From: a virus
DNA length: 64,000 nucleotides
IMG/VR virus record: IMGVR_UViG_3300005613_000001
Coordinates: 66,279 to 130,278 of that record
Reading direction: 5' to 3' (one strand)
Shown here piece after piece: positions 1-9,275 of the stretch. The position numbers and the translations under genes are program-made. How positions within the stretch are numbered: the stretch's first letter is position 1; every line of letters starts with the position of its first letter. The notes under the pieces are model-generated. The model ran no database searches and was not told where the DNA came from. It saw nothing but the letters and a program-made list of their open reading frames with translations.

Positions 1-582
1 AATCTCTTGGGCTCCTATGGGAAAAATGAACGAGTTACTAAATTTCTAGATAACAATGAAATTTTTGTAGTCCCTATTGTTTCTCCTGACAGTTACCCTA
101 ATTCACGACATGTTGATGGCGTTGATCCTAATAGGGATTATCCTCCACGGGACAACCCAAATAAAAAATCAATTCCCCCGGTTGAATGTCTCAAAAACCT
201 ATTCCTTGAACACAAGTTTGATGCCGTAATTGCAGGGCATTGCGCAGGTCGTATTTTCTTATATCCTTGGGGCGATAAGTATGAGCGTTGCCCCGACGAC
301 GATCTTTTCCAGAAAATATGTAAAAAATGGGGCGAGTCCTCTGGGTACAGAGTTGGAAGACTCTGCAATAATTACTCCTATTTAATTCACGGTGTAGATG
401 CAGATTGGTATTACCGCAATGGGGCATTTGCTTTTGTAATGGAAATTGGCAGGCATCAGCGACCACCTTCCATGAATGAAATTAAAAGCGAATTTGATCG
501 AACTTGGGAAGGGTTTTTATACTTCTTAGAAGAAGCCCCAACAGCTTTAAAGCGTCCAACTTATCTCCCACTGGGCGCATAA
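1..582 (+). CDS. M14-family zinc carboxypeptidase-like protein, 5'-truncated at the window edge (possible cell-wall peptidase)
   Basis: The frame is open from position 1. There is an NRDYP motif and H..LYPWG, the third zinc-ligand region of the M14 family. The N-terminal HxxE zinc motif would lie upstream of the window. Confidence 0.5.
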   Translation, partial: NLLGSYGKNERVTKFLDNNEIFVVPIVSPDSYPNSRHVDGVDPNRDYPPRDNPNKKSIPPVECLKNLFLEHKFDAVIAGHCAGRIFLYPWGDKYERCPDDDLFQKICKKWGESSGYRVGRLCNNYSYLIHGVDADWYYRNGAFAFVMEIGRHQRPPSMNEIKSEFDRTWEGFLYFLEEAPTALKRPTYLPLGA

Positions 583-616
583 AAAATAGCCCTATCCGTT
601 TTAACCCGGATAGGGC

Positions 617-913
617 TTAAATTAATCCCCAGACTTCCGAAAGCAATTGTCCCTTGTATAACCCAGGCTCGTTACGATCTAGAGCCTGCCCCATGCAAAC
701 AAGTGACGATTCATCGGGCAGCAAAGGCTCAGAAGTAACAGGATGATTCCTTGGGAATATTGCTAAATTGAATTCTTTCCCGCACAACTCACATCTGAAA
801 TTGCGGGAGCAACCGCCCCAAGGCCCGCCTCGTAATTCTCCTAACTCACAGGCAGGACAACAGCCTTTACTTTGATTGATGTAGTCTATTGCAGAAGGCG
901 AAAGATTATCCAT
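617..913 (-). CDS. hypothetical Cys-rich zinc-ribbon protein
   Basis: 98-aa ORF with CxxC...CxxC pairs. Confidence 0.35.
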   Translation of the reverse strand: MDNLSPSAIDYINQSKGCCPACELGELRGGPWGGCSRNFRCELCGKEFNLAIFPRNHPVTSEPLLPDESSLVCMGQALDRNEPGLYKGQLLSEVWGLI

Positions 914-1208
914 AATCTACTTTTTCCATGCCTTTTGTTACTTTTCTAGCAAATGGGTCACCACTAGCATTTAATGAACCCACCAGACCAACTAGAAGCG
1001 CCCGTGCTTGTTGTCTATTAAAAGCATGATCCGTAATTGTCCCTTGAGGACCGCTTTCTAATGAAACAACAACACAGTTTCTTCCTTGTTCTACATCTTC
1101 AATCGTACTAAGCGGTTCGGCTTCAACAAAAACCCTACCGCCTCTCGTTTCCGCCCTCCCTGGCTCCACACTGACAACTTTTGTTGCGAATGCTTTGAAT
1201 TTCATCAT
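906..1208 (-). CDS. hypothetical protein
   Basis: 100-aa ORF. It overlaps its neighbour by 3 nt in an operon arrangement. Confidence 0.35.
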   Translation of the reverse strand: MMKFKAFATKVVSVEPGRAETRGGRVFVEAEPLSTIEDVEQGRNCVVVSLESGPQGTITDHAFNRQQARALLVGLVGSLNASGDPFARKVTKGMEKVDYG

Positions 1209-1227
1209 CTACTCGCTGTCAAAGTGA

Positions 1228-1791
1228 TTAACGACGAACATGAACACTAACTCCACCATAATGAAGCCTACCATTAGGATAGCGACCATTAGCGTGATAG
1301 CGACCACGATAGCCACCATAACGATAGCCATAGCCACCACCCCAGAACATCCGATTTGCCATCGCTTGTGCCATCACGGTTCCACGACGCATTACTTCAG
1401 CTTCTAACTTCTTTTGTGCAATTTTCGCATCATACTCCCGTTTTAAATGGTCACGATATGCCGTCAAACGATCCCTATTGAGAACCGCCTGATTGTAAAG
1501 CATTTGCTGTTGGTATTGTGCCAACTGCTGTTGGGAAGCTTGAGCCTGGGCCAACTGCTGTTGATATATCCTATGGATAACTCTAATCTGGCTGGGTGAT
1601 TGACTCTCAAAGTGTTTTCTCGCTTGCTCCATCTTCTGTGGTCCGTGAGCAACATAGATGAAAGCAAGCATTTCCTCCATCATGTCCTGCTCAGTACCCG
1701 CAAAGGCTGGACCAGGAGCGGGGGCTGGGGGCTGTCCGAATGTTACATCTGAACCTAGTACAACCCAACAAACTAAAATCAAACTCTTCAT
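1228..1791 (-). CDS. secreted protein with a Gln-rich coiled region and a Gly/Tyr/Arg-rich C-terminal tail
   Basis: N-terminal signal-peptide-like hydrophobic segment MKSLILVCWVVLG. Repeats of QQQLAQ. The C-terminal tail is GYGYRYGGYRGRY. Confidence 0.45.
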   Translation of the reverse strand: MKSLILVCWVVLGSDVTFGQPPAPAPGPAFAGTEQDMMEEMLAFIYVAHGPQKMEQARKHFESQSPSQIRVIHRIYQQQLAQAQASQQQLAQYQQQMLYNQAVLNRDRLTAYRDHLKREYDAKIAQKKLEAEVMRRGTVMAQAMANRMFWGGGYGYRYGGYRGRYHANGRYPNGRLHYGGVSVHVRR

Positions 1792-1929
1792 TTTCTACCT
1801 TTCTACAAAAAGGGTGTATTTCCAACTTGTGAGGTACAATTTGGGTTTCAACACCCCTCTAGATAGGTAGTCTTTCAACTAACCTCTCCATTTACCATCT
1901 TAACACAAATTTCTGTTATGTAAAGCAAA

Positions 1930-1968
1930 AGAAAAACCCGCATCCCTCGAATGAGGGATGCGGGTTTG
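1930..1968 (-). terminator. rho-independent terminator downstream of the histone-like gene, with A/T runs on both sides
   Basis: A 12-bp stem cccgcatccctc / gagggatgcggg with loop gaat. It is flanked by aaaaa and ttt. Confidence 0.6.
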
Positions 1969-1992
1969 ATTAACGTGGGCTAAATGGGACAC

Positions 1993-2607
1993 TTAGGCGG
2001 CAGCTTCCTCTTTTGCTGCTTCAGCGACATGATATTTCTTGTCGTCGCCCCGAGTGATTACACCCTTCTTCGTAAGGGTATTCAGATTTGTCCGAATGTT
2101 CTGGACATACCCCTTTTCATCGGATGTAGATTGATAGCCCGCTGCGTGGCATTTTTCCACAATAGCTTGAAGTTCAAGCCCCTTCGTGGAACGACCAAGG
2201 ATTTTGAGAATCAAAGCACCCAAACTGGTCTTGTTTCGGTGTCTTTTGGTGGCAGTAGTTTCTTTCCCATTGCCATCCTTGGGCTTGTTTTTACTGCCTT
2301 TTGGACGACCGCGACCGCGTTTCCCCGCAGTCGTAGGAGTTGTTTTCTTAGCAGCACCATTTGTGGCTTTTGGTCGGCCCCGCTTAGGTTTCGGGGCGGC
2401 TGCGTGGGTTTTTTGAGCGGTTTCGATTTCATTATCCAGAACCGATAATGACTCCAAAATGGCCGCTCTACGCCCAAATAAACTCTCCAACTCCCTGGCC
2501 TGCTCCACTGACTGTGCAATGTTACTCATGGTAACCCACTCATTATTTTCTCCCCCTTGAACTAAGCGGCAAAACAAGGGGGGATGAGACTTGTTTCCGC
2601 TTGCCAA
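1993..2607 (-). CDS. histone H1/H5-like nucleoid protein with a Lys/Arg-rich AT-hook-like region and a C-terminal winged-helix globular domain
   Basis: The GRPKGSK, KRGRPKA and GKRGRGRPK motifs. The C-terminal 70 aa resemble the linker-histone globular domain (LILKILGRSTKGLELQAIVEKC...KGVITRGDDKKYHV). The true start is probably the internal ATG near 2529 (MSNIAQ). Confidence 0.5.
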   Translation of the reverse strand: MASGNKSHPPLFCRLVQGGENNEWVTMSNIAQSVEQARELESLFGRRAAILESLSVLDNEIETAQKTHAAAPKPKRGRPKATNGAAKKTTPTTAGKRGRGRPKGSKNKPKDGNGKETTATKRHRNKTSLGALILKILGRSTKGLELQAIVEKCHAAGYQSTSDEKGYVQNIRTNLNTLTKKGVITRGDDKKYHVAEAAKEEAAA

Positions 2608-2840
2608 ATTCCATTTACTGTTGTTCCTCTATTCAATTATACGGTGGAAGTTCGTGATTGTATAGTCACAAAATTTCGATTTTCTCATGGTGAGAATAGG
2701 AATATCAATCCAGAAACCCCCCTGTTGGTACAATTCCTGAATTTTTACCCCCCATTTTAAGGATGTGTGCATACATATTTCTTATGGAAAAATAATACCC
2801 AGGCACTCTTTTATAGAGAACCTGAAAGAAGGGAATTAAA

Positions 2841-3032
2841 ATGCTCGTATTATCACGAAAGAAAGACGAAACAATCGTATTGAAGCAAGAAGATCGCCCG
2901 GACATTACCATCACAGTCGTCAGGATTGACAACTTAAACAAGGTCCGATTAGGCATTGAGGCTGAGAAGGAAGTTACTGTCCTACGGTCAGAATTGATTG
3001 AACGTCAAGAAGCAAAGACCTCCGCAGCCTAA
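2841..3032 (+). CDS. csrA: CsrA/RsmA-family RNA-binding regulator, paralog 1
   Basis: MLVLSRKKDETIVL...VRLGIEAEKEVTVLRSE matches the CsrA consensus MLILTRRVGE...IGVNAPKEVSVHREE. Confidence 0.65.
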   Translation: MLVLSRKKDETIVLKQEDRPDITITVVRIDNLNKVRLGIEAEKEVTVLRSELIERQEAKTSAA

Positions 3033-3066
3033 GCTAAATAACGATTTTTGCCAAATTGAATTGGAA

Positions 3067-4038
3067 TTATTTCAGCAGATCGCTGATAGACTCGCCTTCA
3101 TGAATTCGCCGGATAGCCTTGGCGAACATTTTGGCTGTTGAAAGGATCGTCGTGCGCTGCACCAATCGTTCTTCAAGACCACTCCAATTGCCAATCGTGT
3201 CTGTCACTACTACGTGATCTATCTGTCCTAAATTTTCATTAACCCCTCCCACAAAAAGCCCGTGGGTAGCACAAGCACCCCACAAATGCCCTCCGTGAGC
3301 CTCTACTGCGGCCTGTGATTCTCTAAAGGTGGAACCCCCAGAAATCATGTCATCAATGCCGATTACTTCCTTGCCCTTAATGTCACCTATGATGTTCGTA
3401 CCTGAAATATTCCTTCCTTTATGGGTTTTGTCAAGGTATGCCAACTCAATTTGTTGTTTTGTACGGCGAACTAACGCATTTCTAAATCTTTCTGCACGAC
3501 CCATTCCCCCGCTATCAGGGGATAAAACTGCTAAATTCTCAAGTCCAAGACTACAAATGTAATCAGCATGGAGATTTTTCGCACTTAACTCATCAGCTAC
3601 ACAGGTGCGAAATGCATTCTGATAAGCCGATAAGTTGTGTACGTCCATCGTCATAACGCGGTTCGAACCTACCGCCTCTAATAATTGAGCCACGTATTTA
3701 GTAGTGATTGGTTCCCTGGATTCCGTCTTACGATCCTGCCTTGAATACCCCATGTAGGGGATTACCACTGTAATGCGACGGGCAGAAGCATCGTAAAGAG
3801 AGCCAATAAAGAAGAGAAGTTTGGTGAATTTCTGGCAGACAGTTTCGTTTTCGTCACTGTAGAGCGACTGAATCACATAGACATCTTTCCCCCGAATATT
3901 TACTTCCGACCGAAGATACGGCTCTTTGTCGTCAAAATAACACTCCTTGTGGGGGGAGAGTGGTATATCTAATAAATCAGCCACCTTCAACGCAAACGGT
4001 TTGGTGGCATTGAGCCCGAATAGCTTGAGATTGTTCAT
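3067..4038 (-). CDS. prs: ribose-phosphate pyrophosphokinase (PRPP synthetase) family protein
   Basis: The IPYMGYSRQDRK motif and the PRPP-binding loop DDMISGGSTF. It is collinear with bacterial Prs at 323 aa. Confidence 0.85.
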   Translation of the reverse strand: MNNLKLFGLNATKPFALKVADLLDIPLSPHKECYFDDKEPYLRSEVNIRGKDVYVIQSLYSDENETVCQKFTKLLFFIGSLYDASARRITVVIPYMGYSRQDRKTESREPITTKYVAQLLEAVGSNRVMTMDVHNLSAYQNAFRTCVADELSAKNLHADYICSLGLENLAVLSPDSGGMGRAERFRNALVRRTKQQIELAYLDKTHKGRNISGTNIIGDIKGKEVIGIDDMISGGSTFRESQAAVEAHGGHLWGACATHGLFVGGVNENLGQIDHVVVTDTIGNWSGLEERLVQRTTILSTAKMFAKAIRRIHEGESISDLLK

Positions 4039-4639
4039 GTTTTACCCGTCTGAAACCTCTGACCTTTGGATGGTATTTAGCGTACAGCCGCACATTCTGA
4101 ATAGCAGCTTTATCCCAAATACAACCAGAGGCGCAATCCCAGCCGTAGTACCACAAGCCCCCATTCAGTCTTTTAGACCACAAATAGGGGGCGATTTCAA
4201 GACCAGCATACTTGCTGGCGAGCTTAGGCCAATCCAAATAATTGGGGGGTAACTCTACCCCATATGAGGTTTGACCCTGATATTGGAGAGAGAATTCATC
4301 ATAAATACCATATTCGGCAACTAGGGCATCAAATTCCGCCTCATTTGTCACCTTTATAATTAAATCCTCATTAATTGTCAACTCATGAACATAAGTTGAA
4401 TCAAGGTTGAAATCTTCGGCTAGACACCATTCAAGCCAAGAGTCTCCCACAGAGTACCAGAGCCCCGCTGGTTTCATTTCGGGATATTTGGTGGCACGCT
4501 GTTGACTACTACGAGGTTTAACAACTTCATGGTGATTACTAATTATCCGGCGAGACGGGGGGATCGTCTTGAGAAACCGAATCAACGCCCTCTTGTACTC
4601 GTCGTGGTTGAGTTCCTGGGTTTTCTGGCGGCGTGGCAT
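3977..4639 (-). CDS. hypothetical protein in the RtcB-Prs operon
   Basis: 220-aa ORF. It overlaps the prs start and has no recognisable motif. Confidence 0.4.
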   Translation of the reverse strand: MPRRQKTQELNHDEYKRALIRFLKTIPPSRRIISNHHEVVKPRSSQQRATKYPEMKPAGLWYSVGDSWLEWCLAEDFNLDSTYVHELTINEDLIIKVTNEAEFDALVAEYGIYDEFSLQYQGQTSYGVELPPNYLDWPKLASKYAGLEIAPYLWSKRLNGGLWYYGWDCASGCIWDKAAIQNVRLYAKYHPKVRGFRRVKHEQSQAIRAQCHQTVCVEGG

Positions 4640-4642
4640 AAG

Positions 4643-5086
4643 CTAATTCCAACTTGGCTCCCATTGCTTGCCCCAAGGATCAGATTCATCTTCTAAATCT
4701 ACCTCTACACTATCATCTACATAACCAGTTTGATCCAAAAAATTAATGAACTGTTGGTAGTCCTCTCCCTGCCCAGTTTGGAGATAATATTTTTTACATT
4801 GACTTAAAACTTTAAAACCATGATCGAGCGTTTCTTGAAGCAAATTAATTAATTCTTTCTTTTTCTCCGGTGACGGATTTTTTTCTTCTATTTCTCTCCT
4901 GAGATCCATAACAACACGGCCCGTTTTGGATATTTCATCTAAATATTTTCTTTCGGGCGCATCAAGAGGCACAGTCCTCTCTACCACTTTTTCAGCTTGG
5001 GCAATAGCTTCCTCAATCTGATCTAACGAAAGCCCATTCAAATCACCTGGGCCTTTTATGTCCCACCAATTCATTGTTCCCACCAT
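4643..5086 (-). CDS. hypothetical acidic protein
   Basis: 147-aa ORF adjacent to 3977..4639 (3-nt gap) in the same operon. Confidence 0.4.
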   Translation of the reverse strand: MVGTMNWWDIKGPGDLNGLSLDQIEEAIAQAEKVVERTVPLDAPERKYLDEISKTGRVVMDLRREIEEKNPSPEKKKELINLLQETLDHGFKVLSQCKKYYLQTGQGEDYQQFINFLDQTGYVDDSVEVDLEDESDPWGKQWEPSWN

Positions 5087-5391
5087 TCAAATTGGACATG
5101 AGGCATTGCTTCAGTCATAATCTGTCTAAAATCTTCAAGCGTTGCTCCATTAATGCCCCTTTCAGCATAAGGAGCAAATTCCTCAGCAGGCACCAATTCT
5201 CCTAAATGTGGGCGCATCAACTCAGGATCGCCTTTTCCTTTAACTGACGAAAGACATAGCACGAAATCTTTCGGCTCAATCCAATAAAAAACATAATGAA
5301 GTTGGTCACCCTTTGAAAGAGGGTGTTCATCAAACCCAAATCCAACAAGGCGACCTTCACCTTTTAAATCAGCCCTACTAATATTCTTCAT
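5071..5391 (-). CDS. hypothetical protein
   Basis: 106-aa ORF with overlapping stop and start codons. Confidence 0.4.
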   Translation of the reverse strand: MKNISRADLKGEGRLVGFGFDEHPLSKGDQLHYVFYWIEPKDFVLCLSSVKGKGDPELMRPHLGELVPAEEFAPYAERGINGATLEDFRQIMTEAMPHVQFEWWEQ

Positions 5392-5762
5392 TTTGTCATG
5401 GCCTTCCTTTTTTGCCTGGCAACAGTAGCACAGATGCCAAGAATCTTAGAGTCATTCGGATCATCGAAATCAAAATTAACACGATCTCTTAATTCATTAA
5501 GATCTTCTGCATCTTGGAAGACGATCCCACCATCAATGGTAAGTTGAAAAGTATCGCCTTCAATAACCAGTGAAACAATGAATTCATTGAATAATGATCC
5601 TTCTGATACCTCAAAACCCCACTCATCAACACTGTATTGTTCAGGCAAGCCATACACAGTGTAATAATTGTCAATCTGGTTTTGTAGCCATGCAAGAAAA
5701 TCATAAATTGCATCATCTGTCATTCTTTTCTCCTTAATCTTCGGCTTTACTGCCATCTCCAC
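5388..5762 (-). CDS. hypothetical protein immediately downstream of rtcB
   Basis: 124-aa ORF. It overlaps the rtcB 3' end. Confidence 0.4.
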   Translation of the reverse strand: MEMAVKPKIKEKRMTDDAIYDFLAWLQNQIDNYYTVYGLPEQYSVDEWGFEVSEGSLFNEFIVSLVIEGDTFQLTIDGGIVFQDAEDLNELRDRVNFDFDDPNDSKILGICATVARQKRKAMTK

Positions 5763-7161
5763 ACATTCTCACAATTCTTGGATCAAATCTAGCCACAATT
5801 TGAACTAAATCATTTTGTGAAGCCATAACATTGTGGATGTTCTTATACGCCCCAGGAACTTCATCTGCGGCGGCGGAAAGAACTTTAACACCCTTCTTTT
5901 CCAAATCCTTCTGAACTGCTCTCCACGTATATTTATCTTTTGCCTTCTTACGAGACATTTGACGACCGGCTCCATGAGATGCTGAATACAGACTTTCAGC
6001 ATTACCCTTACCTTGCACGATAAATGCAGGGGTAGCCATTGAACCGGGAATCACACCCCATACGCCAGGACCAGCAGGGGTAGCACCTTTACGATGCACA
6101 ATAACATCACCCTGCTCCAAATCGTGTAACTCTTTCCACGCAAAGTTATGGTGGTTCTCCACGCCCCAAATAATTTTGGAGCCAAGCAACTTAGAAACAC
6201 CCTTATGGATTACATCGTGGTTGGCAGCAGCGAATCTTCCCATAAGTTCCATCGCTGCCCAATATTCTTGTCCTTCTTCTGTGTCAAGATCAAGCCAAGC
6301 AAGCCTTCCAAGATCTTTATATTTTGCCGGTAGTTTAGCCTGCGCAATGCCGCTGTACTGGTTGCAGACAGCAGCACCGGGGCCTCTTGAGCCGGAATGG
6401 GTCATAAGGGCCACATAACTTCCCGCCTCAAGATTGCCTGGATGTCGAACGTGGGCATCACCATCATGAGTTATATCTTCGGCTATTGTTACAATGCCAA
6501 ACTCCGCGAAGTGATTACCACTACCGGAAGTTCCAAGTTGCTTCCAAGCCTTATCCTTCTGGTCTTCTGTTACTTTAGTTACAGACCAATCCTCATCCAT
6601 AACAGGGTGATTCTTCGGCTGATCGTATACGGCGTTCCCTTTGACACCAATACCAAACCGAGTGCCCCCTTCAAGGGATTCTTTGCATAAATTAAATTTA
6701 GAATCCAGTGCTTCAACAGGAATATCCAACACTGAAAACTTCATTCTACATGCAATATCTACACCCACAGCAAATGGGCAGACTGCATTTTTTAGAGCCA
6801 ACACACCACCAATGGGAAGTCCATATCCCAAGTGTGCATCTGGCATAAGCGCACCGCTAACCGCATTCGGCAAGCTACAGGCTTGTTTCATTTGAGCATG
6901 AGAGCCTTCATCAATGTCTGTCCCGAAAGTTTTATATTCAACGGGTTCAGAGCGCACAAACTCCCTATCCTCAATGATTGACTTAGCCAAATCACCGTAG
7001 TAACGATCTGTAGTGTATGTCTCAGGGCTTTCTACTAAAGCTGTAAGAACACTTTTAACTTTTCTAATATCATGTTCACGTTTTGCTGTCTGGATGCAGA
7101 CAATAGCATCCTTCACGCAATCTTCTGGAACACCTGCTTTTATTAATTGTCTTGAATTCAT
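5734..7161 (-). CDS. rtcB: RtcB-family RNA 3'-phosphate/2',3'-cyclic phosphate ligase
   Basis: The GSGNHFAEFG, HSGSRGPG and ASHGAGR motifs at 475 aa. Confidence 0.9.
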   Translation of the reverse strand: MNSRQLIKAGVPEDCVKDAIVCIQTAKREHDIRKVKSVLTALVESPETYTTDRYYGDLAKSIIEDREFVRSEPVEYKTFGTDIDEGSHAQMKQACSLPNAVSGALMPDAHLGYGLPIGGVLALKNAVCPFAVGVDIACRMKFSVLDIPVEALDSKFNLCKESLEGGTRFGIGVKGNAVYDQPKNHPVMDEDWSVTKVTEDQKDKAWKQLGTSGSGNHFAEFGIVTIAEDITHDGDAHVRHPGNLEAGSYVALMTHSGSRGPGAAVCNQYSGIAQAKLPAKYKDLGRLAWLDLDTEEGQEYWAAMELMGRFAAANHDVIHKGVSKLLGSKIIWGVENHHNFAWKELHDLEQGDVIVHRKGATPAGPGVWGVIPGSMATPAFIVQGKGNAESLYSASHGAGRQMSRKKAKDKYTWRAVQKDLEKKGVKVLSAAADEVPGAYKNIHNVMASQNDLVQIVARFDPRIVRMCGDGSKAED

Positions 7162-7285
7162 CTACCGTACCGTTGCGTTAATACTGTTAATGGGAAAAAT
7201 TCATTTTCATGTTGCTCTTTGTACTCATGTAATTTCTCTAAGCACTCTTCAACGCTTAACCTTCCCCAGCTAGATAAAGTTCTCC

Positions 7286-7675
7286 CTAGCAATTTCCCAA
7301 CCCCAACGCCACACCACCAAAACTGGCTGACCAGAACTTCGCAATCAAATCATCAAATGTATATCTTTTAGTTGGGAAAATGTAGTGGTAGTTCATATCT
7401 AAGCACGCTCGGTGATTGTGTATGCCGTGAAATGGCATCATACACAAAACACAGTCTGATTGTTCAAAATCATCTGTTAAACTGAACGTTGCATAAAGTG
7501 ACTGTGCCGCACCTTCAGCATAATAGTGGCGGTAAAACATAATGTACGGCAAGGGCAAATAATGGAATTCAGTAGTCATACTATGCGTAGAAACCCTTTT
7601 TGCAAACGGAACAGACCGTTTACGAGGGGGATATACCCGTACATCCTCAGTTATTTCTTTATATACTGCTGTCAT
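7286..7675 (-). CDS. hypothetical protein, paralog of 7672..8289
   Basis: Shares VR[VI]YPP[RC]KR and YHY.FP..R..FDDLI..FWS..FGG blocks with its neighbour. Confidence 0.4.
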   Translation of the reverse strand: MTAVYKEITEDVRVYPPRKRSVPFAKRVSTHSMTTEFHYLPLPYIMFYRHYYAEGAAQSLYATFSLTDDFEQSDCVLCMMPFHGIHNHRACLDMNYHYIFPTKRYTFDDLIAKFWSASFGGVALGLGNC

Positions 7676-8289
7676 CGATAGTAGCCCGAAAATAATTGAC
7701 TCAAGGGGAAGAATGTCCCTCTATTCCGCCTCGTTCTCATCCAATTATTAATACCTTCAGGAACGCCTTCCCCAAGACAATGCCCCTCTTTTAAACCTTG
7801 CAGCCTTTGACAGCATTCATCTGGGCTTAACTGCTCCCAACTATGGAGGCTACCACCAAACGCTTGCTTAACTACATCACTAAAGCCACCGTGGTAGCCG
7901 CCAAAGGTGTTGCTCCAAAACATTCTAATTAAATCATCAAAATTAAATCTGTTTGCAGGGAAATCATAATGATAATCTCCCGAAGCAAGACAAATCTTAT
8001 GCTCTTCATCTATGTTGTTCAATGGAATAGGACACAGAACATTCTCATCTTCCGCTTCACTTAGACCAAATGCCACATGAAGCGATATGGATTCCTGCGC
8101 ATCCCGCCATAGACCAGAATGCCCATAACGCATATATCGCTCTGATCCTCTCACCCGACGCATACCAAATACCATATGCGGAAAGGGCAAAAAGAACCTC
8201 TTGCGATTCCTGGTATGGACAAACAGGGTTCGCTTGCAAGGTGGGTATATGCGAACCTCACGACCAACACATGGCACATCACCCGCCAC
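7672..8289 (-). CDS. hypothetical protein, paralog of 7286..7675
   Basis: Tandem duplicate with the shared motifs noted above. Confidence 0.4.
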   Translation of the reverse strand: MAGDVPCVGREVRIYPPCKRTLFVHTRNRKRFFLPFPHMVFGMRRVRGSERYMRYGHSGLWRDAQESISLHVAFGLSEAEDENVLCPIPLNNIDEEHKICLASGDYHYDFPANRFNFDDLIRMFWSNTFGGYHGGFSDVVKQAFGGSLHSWEQLSPDECCQRLQGLKEGHCLGEGVPEGINNWMRTRRNRGTFFPLSQLFSGYYR

Positions 8290-8592
8290 ATGCGAAGGGC
8301 CAAGATCAATCGTTTTATACGTTCTCGCAGACTGAACGTTTGCGAACTCTGGGGCAGTCGGTGTACCGCCTCTTATTAAAAGATGATACTTTGGAGATAC
8401 GCAAGTATTATCCGTCTAAGCGGGTAATCTTTGCGAGGCGGTCGGACAATGAGTTTTATCTACAATTTCCCTATTCTGTCTTAGAATGTCTTCTTCCGCC
8501 TCAACCCAGAACCTATTCGCTTCTCCATTCGAAGGACAGCCAGCTTCAAGCCACTTGTAATAAGCCGCCTCACGAATTTGATCTTCCATTCT

Positions 8593-9237
8593 TTAATCCT
8601 TTGTCCGATTGCTGTGATCCGGCATTCCAATTTTACCTTGCCTTCTCTTTTCCCAAACTTTTCGCATTGATTCGCTACGTTGTTTTTTTTGCTCATCAGT
8701 CAACTTTGAGCCTTTAAGTTTATTGCTTATTTTTTTCTTTGTGACTTCAGAGCGTTGTTTTCCATAACACCAATGCAACTCTCCGCTTGTGGCAGCAACC
8801 GCTTTTTGTATGGATTCTTCTGACCTTTTTTTTCCATACATGGGATTATTCTTACCCAACCTTAATTCTCTTAATAATCTCTTAGTTTGCTCTGTGTGTT
8901 TTCGCCCTTTAAATGAACTAAAACCAGAAACCCCTTGACCACCAATGGTTTGATTTGTTAGATTTTCTTTTCCAATTTTAACTATCCATTCCCTCTCTCT
9001 TTGAAGGGCTGTTTCTTCAGATAGATTTTCTTCTAACTTCTCAACAATTGGCGACAAACCGCTAGCAGTAATTTCTCGAATGAGCCTATTCTTGGGATTG
9101 TCTTTTTCTAACATTTTAGGACGAAGATGGAATCTCCAACGATAATTCTTCCCCTTTCCTATGTAAAATATCTTGTTATTACGAGGATCAATATACGCAT
9201 AAACATAATAAATTGGTGTTAAATCAAGTTCTTTCAT
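8593..9237 (-). CDS. GIY-YIG homing endonuclease with NUMOD-like C-terminal repeats
   Basis: IYYVYAYIDPRNNKIFYIGKGKNYR, the GIY-x10-YIG motif. The C terminus is basic with KKISNKLKGSK repeats. Confidence 0.7.
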   Translation of the reverse strand: MKELDLTPIYYVYAYIDPRNNKIFYIGKGKNYRWRFHLRPKMLEKDNPKNRLIREITASGLSPIVEKLEENLSEETALQREREWIVKIGKENLTNQTIGGQGVSGFSSFKGRKHTEQTKRLLRELRLGKNNPMYGKKRSEESIQKAVAATSGELHWCYGKQRSEVTKKKISNKLKGSKLTDEQKKQRSESMRKVWEKRRQGKIGMPDHSNRTKD

Positions 9238-9275
9238 ACAGTTATATACACGCCAGTATGAAGAAAACCTTCCAT

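Noticed and set aside
3977-4639. Considered calling this the NAD+ reconstitution partner enzyme of the Prs homolog.
   Set aside because: At 220 aa it has no PRTase or nucleotidyltransferase motif that I can see. It is kept as hypothetical.
8070-8717. 215-aa plus-strand ORF.
   Set aside because: It is entirely antisense to two better-supported minus-strand genes, the paralog at 7672..8289 and the GIY-YIG gene 5' region, and has no motif.
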